A stretch of DNA of 63,766 bases, counting the filler, from Sphacelaria rigidula (lineage: Eukaryota), in the NCBI GenBank assembly GCA_964200075.2. It is 8 parts of 8 records of this genome, joined end to end, with 100 filler letters (N's around TTAATTAATTAA, not from the genome) between each part and the next. Parts side by side here need not be neighbours in the genome. Positions count along the whole stretch, not along the records: positions 7,986 to 15,869 come from CAXNAA020013103.1; positions 15,970 to 23,853 come from CAXNAA020013104.1; positions 23,954 to 31,836 come from CAXNAA020013105.1; 5 more parts are not named here. The stretch is one strand, 5' to 3'. Below the pieces are notes generated by a model. The model was not told where the DNA came from, ran no database searches, and saw nothing but the letters and a program-made list of their open reading frames with translations. A program made the translations under genes and the position numbers. Shown here in pieces: positions 11,478-24,387 of the stretch. Within the stretch, counting starts at the first letter, position 1. Every line of letters starts with the position of its first letter.

Positions 11478-12968
11478 CCCTTTTGGAACCCTCCCCTCCT
11501 GTCCCTTGGCCAAACGCCTTATTATGAGCAGCCCTGACAAAGAGGAAAACATGGAAACAGAATAGGCCGACGGCAACCATTTTTGAAATGGAAGCCCGAA
11601 GGAGAATGTCCTCCCTGGAGAATTTGGGTAAGGTTTGTCCAATCATACCACGCAACGGGTGAAGTGTGTCCAATTATATCCATAGACAATAATTAGCAAA
11701 ACCACTATGGGCTCCAGGGTCCAGCCTGGCACGTTTGGATATTAGCATCTGTACATAAGGGAAGCACCGATTTGACCGGCTGCAGCATCGGGTGGCGAGT
11801 TTGCCAAGCCACACCATACATACAGCACAGTATGGCTGAATCCAGCGAAATCCCGTCACCACATGTGAAGGGCACAGTGGGTTGTGCGGGCGGTACATGA
11901 CAGGCGTAATCGCAGGCGTCCGAACAGGCGATATACATGTACACGGGAGGGAGCCAACGGACACCGCCTACCATAATCAGACCAGATGAAAAACACTACA
12001 GTCAGTAAATACAGTAGGTTACAGTATTGACTTGCGGCTACACTCTGTGCAAGATAACTATGGGCATGTCGTGAAAAGTCGGCCACGAGAGTAGACGGCA
12101 CGAGACGATAGCGGTAGCCGGCGTCATGAATCTCGCGCAGCATGAAGTATCTCTGTGCAACGGTCGGGAACGCTCAACCCATGGTATAGATGTGGGGGGG
12201 CAACTGTGCCTTTCGCTACGCCGTTGTGTAATAGTCAGCCCGAAGTATGATGTTGTCGGCACGTACTTGGCAGAGCGCAGTTCTGTGCATGCCCCGCGTT
12301 TTACATAGATATTTTCAAAATACAACACAGACATGACATGAAGCAGTAAGGTATCACCCCTGGGGCGACGGCACTTGGCAGACTCTACACCACAGTGACG
12401 GTGCATAACTGCAGGGCACATGGCGTCTGCGTCGCCTTTACCCATTTTTCAAAGGGCGGGATGGTGCTGTCGGAACGTGCATGAGCGCGATGTTGTGCAT
12501 GACGTGAGTCTGCAGTCGAGATTACCCCAAACTGCTGTAAACACACCCAGTACTGTACAGGGCAGTGTCGCAGCACCCCCGGCGGCACGGAAAGGTGACT
12601 GCCTGGGATTGCATACCGCCAGTTCATACATTTAGCGAATGTGCCATCGGCGTTGCCCTTGTTGCTATGACACTGCAAAGAGTATAAACTGCAGCGGGCA
12701 GGGCGTGCAGGTCAGGCCGGAAGCATGCTTCACAGAGGCCTGCCGCGCACTGTGGCCGAGGAAGGACCTCATGAGTGTAGAAAAAAAAGTCGACGGATCG
12801 CAGCAAGAAAATAGGAAACCTTCTTTTGTTCCACTTGTCACTCGTACGGGTCTGAAAAATACGCGTTTGGCGAAAATTGTTGCGTCTAAGCTATGAACCA
12901 TCAACAATATCTTGCTCAAAAACCGTCAATTGCAAATGATCAATTTTCCATTGTGAGTTCCAAAAGGG
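11478..12968. mobile_element. Non-autonomous piggyBac element
   Basis: Perfect 12-bp TIRs CCCTTTTGGAAC/GTTCCAAAAGGG, with TTAA at 11474-11477 and 12969-12972. The right-end ~160 bp is also present at ~35010-35165. Confidence 0.9.
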
Positions 12969-13821
12969 TTAACCTGACGGGGCGGGGCTGGGGGAGGGGG
13001 GAGGTGGAGGTGGGGGGATACCACTCACGCCCCTACCCCTTTTTGTCAGGGGGTTATGTTAAAAAAAAGCAGTTATATCTGCAAGAGAGTGCTCAAGCTC
13101 ACGTCCGACACCCGGGAGCCAACTACGATGGACAACCCCGCCGGGGTTCCTTTCGTCGTCAGGAGACAGTCAGGAACCCTTGCTGTATACTTCGCCATAA
13201 CCACCTTCATGAAGCGCTTTTGGCAACCGAGGCTGTTGCGCTCCACTTCCCCGCCTTCCAGGATCTGCCCTCAGGCATACTCGTCATGACATCTGGTTCG
13301 GTGTACGGGTGGGCACCAACGCTGGGTATGCTGCCCGGCGGCCCAGGTAGCCTCGAGGTCTCCCCGAGTGAACCAACCTCCCTTCCGGTACCCAAGCACG
13401 ACACTGTACACCACCAGTCACCCTACGACTCCGGGCTTCGGTCCTCATGCCCACTGTTTTTTTTTCTTCCATGAAAGCAGAATCTACGCATCCTCAAGAC
13501 AGCGTAAATCCCAGCATGCACCCAGAGCACCGGCCCGCCCTCCAGCAGAGGAAGAAAAATATCGGAGACATTTTACGTCAAAACGCGCAGCCACATATGA
13601 GCAAAGAATCTCGCGGAACTTATGAAGCGCGCCGTGTGTGCCTTCCTGCAAGCCACTGTTCCAGCGAAGTTACAGGTGATGCGCCGACCAACTTGCGGCG
13701 AAAAAAGAAGGGCAATCAATCGATCCTGCTGGTGGATGTCGTTGTCTTTTTTTTTTGCTGTTCTCTTCCTTGTCCGCCCTCCTGTGCCGGTTGCACGTTT
13801 TCCACGAGCACCCTCTCTCTC

Positions 13822-13989
13822 CTACGACGTGCGGACGGCCTGTTTGAGAAGGATTATACGCCAAGCGACGGCCGCGACATTTTGCACCAGCACCCTAAAC
13901 TGCACCGGCACGAACGCAAAGCTCACGAAGTTGACCACCCCCCATCGGCGGAAATTCGTCTTTACTATGTGCCATGATCCGTTCTTCAT
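13822..13989 (-). CDS. Mpv17/PMP22 family membrane protein, terminal exon (partial gene)
   Basis: Pyrimidine tract and TTGCAG acceptor, then MKNGSWHIVKTNFRRWGVVNFVSFAFVPVQFRVLVQNVAAVAWRIILLKQAVRTS*. This matches the Mpv17/PMP22 motif W...N.v.F.fVP.q.RVL..N.va..W. Upstream exons were not found on this scaffold. Confidence 0.75.
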   Translation of the reverse strand: MKNGSWHIVKTNFRRWGVVNFVSFAFVPVQFRVLVQNVAAVAWRIILLKQAVRTS

Positions 13990-14299
13990 CTGCAAGGAGC
14001 GACCCAGAGGAAGGAGGAACCGGTGGAAGAGAGATGAAGGAAGAGAGAGAGAGAGAGAGAGAGAGAGGAAGAGAGGGATCGTTTTTGGAACAGTATTTTG
14101 ATACGGTGCATGTGTACGATTCGCCACTCTTATACAATATTTTGAGGCGGTGCATAATTACGAACGATCGTTTTCGAGACAGTATAGGTTGGACCGCCTG
14201 AGACCTTTCTCTTCTTGAGAGTTATTCACGATTTAGCTTCGAAAAAACAGTTCTGGCATGTTTGGTTGCAGATAACTCACCGAGAAAAGATAATAAATG

Positions 14300-14710
14300 T
14301 AGGGGAGGGATGATGGAGCCTTTGCGCATACTTCCTGTACATCGTGTCAAAATTTCATTGACAACGGCCCAAAATCGAACAGTATAATCGCGTGTTCGTG
14401 TCAAAGACCGGTTCCTATGTGGAGATGGACCAGCCACGAAAAAATGAAACGCGATTGTGCCGTTCAATTTCAAGTCGCGAAATTTTGACACGATGTACGC
14501 GAAGTATGTTGTGAAGACCCTATTATCCCCCCCTCGACTTTTTTTTTTTTCAATGACTTGACGATTTTGTACCGAAAAAAAAATCCGAATTTCTCATCAC
14601 CAAAAAATCATGAGAGGGAAAAAAATGGGGGGGATACGATGAGGTTTTTGCACATACCTCATGTACATCATGTCAAAATTTTATGGAAAACGACTCAAAG
14701 TTGAGCAGTG
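14300..14710. repeat. ~60-80-bp motif in direct/inverted/direct arrangement (MITE-like)
   Basis: CATAC-TC-TGTACATC-TGTCAAAATTT at ~14326 (+), ~14480 (inverted) and ~14653 (+). Confidence 0.6.
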
Positions 14711-15329
14711 CAAGCGCGCTCTTCTGTTGAGAACCGGTTGACTTGTTTTAAATTACAACAACCTCAGCCGGAACTTCGACGTTCTCTACAAGCTTTCTTC
14801 AACCCACTGCTCACCGGTTCACACACGAGTACCAGACGCCTTGGCGCGCTGCAGGCCTCGCCTGCGTGCTATCTCAGACACTGCCCGCCTACAGTACACC
14901 ACCACTTTGTGGCCGCGGCACAACCGACTGTAACCGAAAATACGATTTCAGCCGTTTTTTTGCCCTAATTCCGCCACACGTGTCACCCTCAACTCTCTAC
15001 ACTTCGCAGCTGACTACAGTTTGGTATTTCGTTTGATGGGAACTTGTCGGATCGCAGTGCTACATGGATTGAAAGACGCGCTTTGATTTGCAGATCACCA
15101 CCATGCGTCATAGTAGGCATGACTCGCGATATATCACCAGTTAGAACGGGCCGAAGAACATCCGTTTTAAGGCAATGAATCTTCACGGCTGATCGTTTTC
15201 GGAACATCTTTTTTATATGGTAAACGTTAACTGTTGATTATTCTCGGAACAGTATCTTGACGTGGTAAGTGTTCACGGTTGATCGTTGTCGAAACAGTGC
15301 TTTAACCCTTTTGGGACTGGGCCTCCAGA

Positions 15330-15869
15330 ACGACCAACGAGGCTGGTTAGGAATGACGTGTCCTGCATATGCATGAAACAGTGGCGTCATGTTGCTGAAA
15401 ATCAACGAATGAATGCACAGACAGTTCTCCCGGAAGAGGCACGGATACCACGTATGCCGGAATGGTGTGAAAACCCCGGCACGAGAGCAACAGTGGAAGC
15501 AGCGCTCGCCAAACGACGGGAGGCACGCCAACTGATGAAGCATCACCGCACCCCAGCATCGTGGAAAACACTCAGAGCTGCGTGTAAGAACGTGCGTACA
15601 GCAATCGATGACGGTATCTATGCACATCTAGAGAGGTATGTGGCAAGGCTAGAAGTTATCTACAAAGATCGCGACATGAGAGGCCTGTACAAACACCTCA
15701 AGAGATCGGTGGGTCTTGGTGGAAGGCAATCCGGGGGGCAGCAGTTCATGAAGGACGAGAACGGCGTCCTACTGAGGAACAAAATTGCCATCCTTAAACG
15801 GTGGGCGAGATTTTTCCGCACCCTGCTTAACGCCAAGTCGCCCACGCTGACCCAGCCATCATTGAGGAG
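15330..15869 (+). mobile_element. RTE-clade LINE ORF2 fragment (between endonuclease and RT), cut by the scaffold end
   Basis: AQTVLPEEARIPRMPEWCE...ALAKRREAR...DMRGLYKHLKRSVG...KDENGVLLRNKIAILKRWARFFRTLLN is the typical RTE linker ending RW..fF..LLN. Confidence 0.88.
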
Positions 15870-15969
15870 NNNNNNNNNNNNNNNNNNNNNNNNNNNNNNN
15901 NNNNNNNNNNNNNTTAATTAATTAANNNNNNNNNNNNNNNNNNNNNNNNNNNNNNNNNNNNNNNNNNNN
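15870..15969. other. Artificial scaffold linker 2
   Basis: Same 100-bp N/TTAATTAATTAA/N linker. Confidence 0.98.
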
Positions 15970-16398
15970 AAGAGGTGGAGAGAAGGAGTAGTCGTCAATC
16001 CTTTCAAAAAAGGAGACAAGGCTGATCCGGGGCATGATGGAGGAATAACGCTACTGAGCACGGTAGGGAAACCATTCTGTAAGATTCTGAATGATTACGT
16101 AGAAACAATGCGAGTGTCCTTTGAAGTGCCGAATTACAGAGGGAGAGTTGACAGAAGATGACAAAGCTGGCGGCTGCTTCATGTCGGGGCTCCAGTGCAG
16201 AAGCCAAGGTGTCGCGAGCGAATTTAGTACGAGTATGTGAGTTACATCTGCTGGTGATCGCGGTCATGTATTTAGTAACTGTCTGTATATACTATTAATA
16301 GTATCAGAATGAGATGCAAACTATGCGATGTTCGACAAGCTTCGTTTTGGGCTGCGTGTTTTTTTCCTTGCGGCGAGCAGTGTGTGACGGATAGCATT

Positions 16399-16914
16399 TC
16401 ACTCTGTGGCATGCCACCAGGTGCTGTTTTGTTCTGTGCGGCAGGGAAATTCGCCTTTCAACAGCGAGTACCCTTCATGTTTTGAGTTGCAGAGAGCGAG
16501 GTCACATATGAACTTCGGCTGTTGTGTCTGAGGGTTCCAGCGGAGAAGCCAAGGCGCCAAGAGTGATTTCGATTTCAGATTGCGCATCATGAATGCCTAC
16601 GTCGGCAGAGCCAAGATGTTTCAAGTGATTGCCTGAGCATACTGAAAATAGGGGGAAGTTGACGTTAAAGATGTTGATCTGGACAAAGAGAACCAGACCG
16701 TGCCCAAGCGACTGACAGGGTGGGATTCCTTCCACTCATACCATGACCCTGGCCCCACGGGACCCATGAGAAATTCACTCTCCAATCCCGCAGTCATAGC
16801 TGTGTGAAGGACATGCAGCGCGTAGCCAATCCGCACAGCATGAACCTCTTGATCTTCAAATTCATCATCAGCGTCGTTCTCAGTAGTTTTCGGATGCGCG
16901 ACGCTGCTGCTCAT
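16399..16914 (-). pseudogene. Unidentified decayed reading frame
   Basis: ORFs 16621-16914 and 16399-16590 are in the same frame, separated by two stops (~170 codons in total). No family recognised. Confidence 0.2.
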
Positions 16915-18511
16915 GATCTCCAGATTTCCGTAATTTCTCGTTCTAGCACCATGTCAGGCACGCGTTTCACTGCACCTGAGTGTGTAGCGGCCACAACAGC
17001 TGCTGTTCGTGCTCTTGTTTTGTTATCTTCGCAGTGACGGTAAACGTGAGGTGGCAGCTCGCGGGCATGTGCTTCCCGACTGCTACAGACAAAAGCAGGA
17101 CACTAGCTGGTGGAACAAGATTGTCCATCTACTGATGTGGAGCGAGCTTCCCGGGGGAACAAAATCACCTCATCACCGACCACTCCCAGGCTTGAATAAA
17201 TGTACTAGAAATATCGTTCATTTCTTATTACCCAAATCGTCATTTGTAGGTGACGCGTGTATTTTCCGTTGATATGATTCGTTTCATTACGGACCACTTC
17301 TGGCGCATGTAGCGTTCAGCTTGCACTTTCCATGAATATAGTACCCCAAAACGGCCCGCATTCCTACCCATAACTGTTGCATGTCGCAGTAGGCAATATA
17401 TTCCATACTGTGCACAGTACACTCTTTGAAATTGTATACTGACTGCAGACAGCTCTTGTCCCGGATGTAGCACATTTCCACATGAGTTCGCCCCCATGCT
17501 AGGTACGCCGGCAAGGGTCCGAGGCACAACCGACTGGTCGCGCGACAGAGCTTAACCTTCGCCGCTCGCGCGTTTTGGAGCGGGAACGTTCAGTTCTCAA
17601 CCCTCCGGTGAATAGCCGCGCATAAACGATGCCTCTCTGCTAGTTTTCTTCGAGCGTATATACATAGCTGGGAGACGATTTATGATGATGAGACCGGCAG
17701 GCTCCGTCGCGGCGTGCGTGTCCAACTGACATCGTACCCACTATAATCATCATCAGACAGCAGGGTGTTGAAAATGTAAAATGCGACGCGTCGATGGTAT
17801 CCACAATTTTAATGCAAATCGGCCCCTCAGAGACGTCCGCTGCTTCTGTAAAACGTCCCTGTGGTACCAATTTACACATCTTCCAAGTTTCGGCGTCATC
17901 TCAAGCGAGGCGCGGATTCTCTTCACGCCTGAGCTTCCAAAACACCGCCTCCATCATATCGAAAGGGGATAACACTGGCAGCAGGTAATCCCTGACGGCT
18001 CTTTTCGGAACATTATTGTGGAATGCACAAAACACTGCTACTGTAGCCGTGCTCGTGGACGCCGAGTGTTTGATCAAAAAGCTGCTGCTCTCACAAACTG
18101 TTTCATCAATCTGAACTCAGGTGCGAGAATAAACATAAATGTTGTATCACGAACACAAGAGGTAACGATACGTTGCCGCGATGCGACGCTGCGATAGAGC
18201 AACAGTGACCGTTCTTCTGAATATATACTGTAGGCCGGACTTTGCTTCATGTACCGCGCCATCGTGCTGGCAGCGCAATACTATACGAGGTACAGTACAG
18301 GGTAAAGGAGTAGCAGGACTACCGAGCACAGAATTTCATACAGTACAAAGCACATCACAGTACCGTAGGGAGGAGTGAACTCACATGTTGTTGATTGCTG
18401 CGACATGGCGACGTGTTCCATCCCTGGGGCATGTTGCATGCCGGACGTTTGGGGGCAGCTGATGTGCGGTGTAACTACTTACGTTTCATCTCTGTTCGGA
18501 TCCACTTGAAT

Positions 18512-19878
18512 CAGTGATGGAGATCGGCGCAAAAATCAGCCTCGATCTGAATTTGGAGATCGAGGGGGGGGGAAAGCCGATCTTCGATCTTTTGCCGATC
18601 TTCAAAAAAATTGCCGATCTTCCGATCTTGATATTTCGATCTCGATCTTTCGCCCAAACTCCCTCCCTTCATCTATCGCATGTTACCTCTGGTGTGTTCA
18701 ACGCAGGTGCCTGTGTAGTCTACGTGCGTACACTGGTTGCAGGATACACGGTACGTACATGGTGCACCGACAAAGGGACTGTGTTCGTGTACAAGTACAA
18801 GTACTGCTGTAGTTGTTGTGTTGTTGTGTTGTGTTGTGCAGTGTAGAGGAACACGGCATAAAAATATGCCCAGCATCGAAGATTGAGGTCACTGGTCATT
18901 TCAGACAGAGCTTTTTAACCCTTAGACGACGAGAGTAGGTCTTCCGTTGAACCGGCATCAACTTCACTTGAAAATAAGATATGCGTGGTCCAAATGGACT
19001 GCCCTCGCGGTCTAAGGGTTAATCAAAGGGCGCGCACCAAGATGGAATAGAACAGGCAAAAAACAACACGAAAACACCCAAACGAAGCCATCCGCCAACA
19101 CCAAACGCCAAGTAAACAGAATGTGAGAGATGCACGCATTCAAAAAAACTCTGGCAATTAAAGTATCCTGGAATTCGATGGTGTACCCAACTACTTCGAA
19201 GTAGTACCACAGAGAAAATCAAAGTCGCACAGCATACGACAAGGCAAAATAGAGACTAGACCATGTGGCTGACTATTTCTCTGTAAAAAAATACGTGCAC
19301 CGCGACGAAGAAATAATTATATGATACAACGGTATCGCCTGCGGCAGAGTAGAGCTACTCGCACTAGCCCCCCAGATGCGAACACGCACCTAACCTACTC
19401 TGTGTGCCAGGCTACAAACTACAGCCAGGGTACCTCTTTTCCTGTGACCACAAGAAAACAAGAACGCACCGGACGCCCTCGGCTGTGCAAGCGTCGCTCA
19501 GAATTCCTAAACCATGAAACAAACTTGTGGCAGTCAGCACACTAAAAGGCAAAACGCTACACGTAGCGGGCTAGCTGCTCGAAGAACTTGTGTGGTGTGT
19601 GAGGGGTGGGGGCGTGTGGCGTAGTGGAGAGAAAAATAGGGAGCCCCGCAGGGTAAAAAACAGGGTACCTACGCGTCAGGGGGGCTCCTTGAGTAAAAAG
19701 ATCGGAATCGCGATCTCGATCTTCGAGCTTCGATCTTCGATCTTCGAGCTTCGATCTTCGATCTTCGAGCTTGATCCAGGATCGGACGATCGGCCAAAAT
19801 GTTCCCGATCTCGATACCAGAGGGTCGGCGATTAATCGGAGATCAGATCAACTGTCCGATCCACGATCTCCGTCACTG
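18512..19878. mobile_element. Non-autonomous hAT-like element with GATC-rich subterminal repeats
   Basis: TIRs CAGTGATGGAGATCG/CGATCTCCGTCACTG. 8-bp TSD ACTTGAAT/AATTGAAT (7/8). GATCTTC repeats at both ends. Confidence 0.85.
18919..19018 (+). mobile_element. 100-bp piggyBac MITE nested in the hAT element
   Basis: TTAA|CCCTTAGAC...GTCTAAGGG|TTAA. Family copies at 33832-33931, 49765-50673 and 60098-60194. Confidence 0.9.
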
Positions 19879-21370
19879 AATTGAATACTATCCAAAGAAA
19901 GCAGCGATTGACGATTACGGTGCAAACTTCGGGCGGTGGCTACCTGAATTATTCGGGATAACGGGTCCCTCCTCCCCTTTCCATATCAACCCCGTCCCCA
20001 CCCTCCCCCCTCCTTTCCAGCAACACAAACGGGAGAGCACATACCAAACACGCGTGCTGTCTTGTTGCACCCGCGTGCTGAGTATATCTACACAGAACGC
20101 CGTCCAGCAGGTGACCCGATATACGGCCAGAGTGATATGCCAAATGAGGCGGCCTCATGTCGAACACGTCCTACAATCGATTCAAGGCCGCTTCAACCAT
20201 ATATCGAATGAAGCATTGTATTGTGTCACGTGCCTCCTTGAATAAGATCGAACCGGCCTCATGTTGGATCAACAAGCGGCGCTTGTTGTCCCAGTTGACG
20301 GAGTATAGTATCACTGCGTTGTATTGCTGCACTTACGATGTGATGCAGTCACTGCTGCGGTCGCAGGACTTCGTGCGCTCTCAATACTCTCTGATAGAGG
20401 TGGAGACACAGGGAACAGAAAGAACTCGGGACATTCTCGGTCGCAGCATCCGCTATTCGTGAAGGGCAAGATTAAGGCCTGTTCTCCCTTTGACCAATAA
20501 AACCCCAAACAAGGAAGCATAACGAAAAACAACGATAAACACATCCCCACCACCACCAATATATACCCCCCTTTTGCATGCAGTTTCACTTATTCGTGCT
20601 TATTGGAGCAACACACGACACAGTCGAAAATCAACGGTTACTTGGTCCTATATGGATGAGCGCTCGGGCTATCTCATTGGTGTACTTCGTCGCCAAATCC
20701 GTCCCCCCGATGTGCGCTAGACAACGAAGCTGCGGGTGTCAGCCTGGCACCCCTGAAGAAACGGAGTGTGGTGATACGCACCCTGCCTGTGAACCTAACG
20801 AGGTCCTGACGTGCTGACGACCGCACGATGACGCAGGACGGGCACTTCCGATGATAGAGCCGAGTTCGGCTAAGACAGGAAAACCGGCCTTATATCCAGA
20901 GAGATGTGACAAGGCAAACTAGGCGGCCTTGTATCTAAGATGGCCTTATTAAAAGCCGGTCACCTACTGTAGGTGTTTTAGTGTAACTCGAGCAGGATAA
21001 CACTGAGTTGAAGACGAAAGTTCAAATCCCCGGGATGCGGCACAGCCATCTCTGGATCTCGAGATGAATAGCGGTAGGTAACAACTCCAATCAAGGGAAG
21101 AGTCAATCATTACCGATCCAGAGGGAGTTCTCCGAAAAATCGCATCACTGAGTTACCGTGGATGGTGACAATACGGGGGTGGAGACGGGTAGGGGGAGGC
21201 GGGGCAGAGCGGGTAGGAGGGGGGTATCCATTCGTTGCTTGCCTCGTTCGTTCGACCATTAACTACATATCCATTTTGAGAAGGTGCACCGTCTCTTCTC
21301 CTCATAGAGACACCTTAAACATTTTGGCGTTCATTTCGTTTCTTTTAAACATTTCACAAAGCCCCTGTAC

Positions 21371-22564
21371 TAGAGTGATGAATTGGTTTGGCTAACCGGT
21401 CAACTGGTGGCAAACATACAACCGGTTACAGTTATCAGTTAAAACTGGGTAACTGGCGGCGAAGCCGCCTCGCGACTCTGCCAGCGTTGCCTGGAAAGGC
21501 AACGCGGCGGAGTCGCATAGACGCCCCCCACCCGGCTGGTGAGGGGGGCCCGCAGGAGGCGCGGCCGGAAACACAAAAGTTGCGCCATTTGCCTTCACAT
21601 CTCTTCACAATCGCGGGAAATTCTAGCCGCCTACCGCCAGCAATTCGAGCACGTAATCGGTGCACAAAATTATACATGTAGGGGGAAAAGGAAATAACCT
21701 TGGACTTTACCACGTGGATTAGAAAAACGAAACCGGGAGACGGTAGTGCAGCACACACAGCGTTCCGCGTGTTTCACCCAAGTGTTATCCTACGATTGGC
21801 GGGGGCGGGGGGGTATTTCGGGCCAATTCTTACACGAAATTCGAAGTCAAATCGTCCTTGGAAGCAGCAACGGTTGTTCGAACGAGCTTGTTATGGATAT
21901 TTAACACTTATTCATACTGCTTGACATCGTTTTGAACTGAATGCAAGTGCACCGCGAGTGTGGCAGATTGTCTGACACGCCTATGAGCTTTCTTTTTTGT
22001 GCAACCAAATACCCCCTCCATCATCGGATGACTCTCAAGCGCGAGGAACTACCAGTAGCACGATAACTGGGCAAAGTTATTGAGTGTGACTTCATGAGTC
22101 AGGAAAAATCAACAGAAATCTCGACTCTTTTTCATCCTTCGGTATCCCATTGACCAGCCATCACTAAACGCTGATATCGCTTGATGCCGACAGAATAAAA
22201 CAATTAACACACAACAACGCTACGAAACGTAATTTTGCTTCGCATTTCAGATGCGCTCAATCAACAACTGTCCGTGCCCAATCTCTCTTTTTTTCATTAG
22301 AACACATTATCTGCTATATTCGTGTCTTCGTCCAGGTGTGTGGGCTGATTTGCCTCTGTGACATCGTCCCCACAGTCGTTGTAGTACGACAACACTTCAG
22401 AGATATTGACTCGAATATGACACATGTGTACACAAAATACTTTGGAGTATGACACACATGTCGGGTGAAAAACGGGTTCAACTTGTCAGAAAACCGATCA
22501 GTTTATCAGTTTTACCAGTTAACTGTGACTGGTCAGTTAAACTGACAGCCAGTTCACCACTCTA
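21371..22564. mobile_element. Non-autonomous hAT-like element with CAGTT/AACTG subterminal repeats
   Basis: TIRs TAGAGTGATGAATTGG/CCAGTTCACCACTCTA. CAGTT-AACTG clusters lie near both ends. The TSD is not preserved. Confidence 0.6.
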
Positions 22565-23729
22565 CTTTTTTCAGAGATGTTCATTGTGCTTTCTACCCTG
22601 AAGGCGGAGTGCCTCGCCCTCTCTGAGTGTGTGTTCTCATCACCCTGCTGGGAGCATGAAAGTACTTAATCTGTAGTACATTACACACACGCTCTTTCTT
22701 GGTAGACTTTTGGCTGCCCAAAAAGGAACTGTTTGGGTCGTTGCCCGTCACTGTCGGCTTTTACTGTTCCTGTTCTGAGTATATTCGAGCCAAAAGGCAT
22801 CACACCCATTGCTTCTCTGACAAAATGGACGCAGACCAGTGTGTTGTGGGAGATAAGGCTCCGTGGCATCTCGTCGTCATGGCGTTTTCAAGCGGGTTCA
22901 TTCCCACTCCTGAGAAGGGTCGGGAGTCATCAACCGATGGCTTGATACCTTATTGGCGCCAGATATTGTGAGGAGATCTTTGAGACTGCGTGCATATCTG
23001 CCCCACCCCCACCCTCCTGCCCGGATCTCGACGAGGTAGGTTAGCTTAGCGTGGGACATTGTCGTAGCGGAGGGCGCCTACTCAACTGTGTTACCTTGCA
23101 TGCGCATTCCTGGTGGTTACAACAAATCATACACGTACTGGCACTTTCTGCCGCTTACCTCGCATTTTCCCCTTCTACAGCCACAAGAGAGAATACACAT
23201 ACTTTAACGCTATTATCATACCTCCATGTGTCCATTCCCTACACCTACACCGGACATTGCAGCTACTGATACGTGCTCACGGTCCCCTCACACATTTGTG
23301 CCCCAAATATGTTCCCTCTTCTACCCTCCCCTTTCATGGAATGGAAAAGACATTGTTCCACCTTTGTGAATCGATCGGACGCCTACTCGTTTACGTCGAA
23401 GTGGCCGACGCAATGCTGAGTTTTCCGATAATGCTACTTCGAGGTTTATGCATGTATGGGCAGACCTGTAGCTAGCAGTGCTGATATTTGTTGCTACGAA
23501 GATCTGCAAGATCTATTTCTGCTTGTACAAAGGAAACGGCTCCCTGGTTTCCAGTCGTGATTCGTCCCCCCACAGGCTATCAGCAGCCCCCAACCCCTCT
23601 CCTTGACACATGATCGTCTTCCCTTAGATAATTTTATTGGTATTGTTGTCATACCTATGCTTGTTAAAACCGAGTTGGAGCACAGGATAGAGAACGTAAA
23701 TGGCTGCAAAAGACCCTCATCTATCTCCG

Positions 23730-23822
23730 GCTCCCGTCTCGAAAGGGATGCGTGGTCAATGGTCACACGACTAAGGCAAGCAACAAATGAGTACGCAACA
23801 AACCACCACCCCCCCCCCCCCC
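23730..23822 (+). repeat. Dispersed repeat family A near scaffold end
   Basis: CCCGTCTCGAAAGGGATGCGTGGTCAATGGTCACACGACTAAGGCAAGCAAC followed by a C-run. Confidence 0.9.
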
Positions 23823-23853
23823 ACACACAACCCACGCCAAAAAAGAAAAAAAA

Positions 23854-23953
23854 NNNNNNNNNNNNNNNNNNNNNNNNNNNNNNNNNNNNNNNNNNNNTTA
23901 ATTAATTAANNNNNNNNNNNNNNNNNNNNNNNNNNNNNNNNNNNNNNNNNNNN
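23854..23953. other. Artificial scaffold linker 3
   Basis: Same 100-bp linker. Confidence 0.98.
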
Positions 23954-24118
23954 TCAACTCACGCCACACAAACCCAGCCGACGACTTTGTTTACTTACGT
24001 ACTCGCGCTTTCCACGGTGGAAATCATACATTACGAAGAAAAAACCAAATGCATCGGGAATTGAAAACCCGTTCTCTCCACCCTAGTGGCGACAGTCAGA
24101 CCATTACACCACTGGTGC
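23954..24118 (-). mobile_element. tRNA-derived SINE (5' part, intronic, cut by the scaffold start)
   Basis: Colinear with 3355-3519. The head reads GCACCAGTGGTGTAATGG on the reverse strand. Confidence 0.8.
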
Positions 24119-24387
24119 GCGGCGTGTAGCATTGTATGGCCATTTTCTTAACAATAGTTTTCGGGATGGTTGAGAGGATGCTATCGCGGCATTACTCTCC
24201 ACCAGATGCAAAACAGGCGATTCATGTGCCGAAGCCAGCCACAACCACACTCGGGCCCACTCCAGTCGCACGGAAGAATGGTACGGGGGATTCGCCATAT
24301 GTGTCCCCAATAGCATCACATCAGCTCGACGAAAGCCTATGCCAACAAAGCACTAACATGATTACCAGCTGTAGCCCATTTTCTTAC

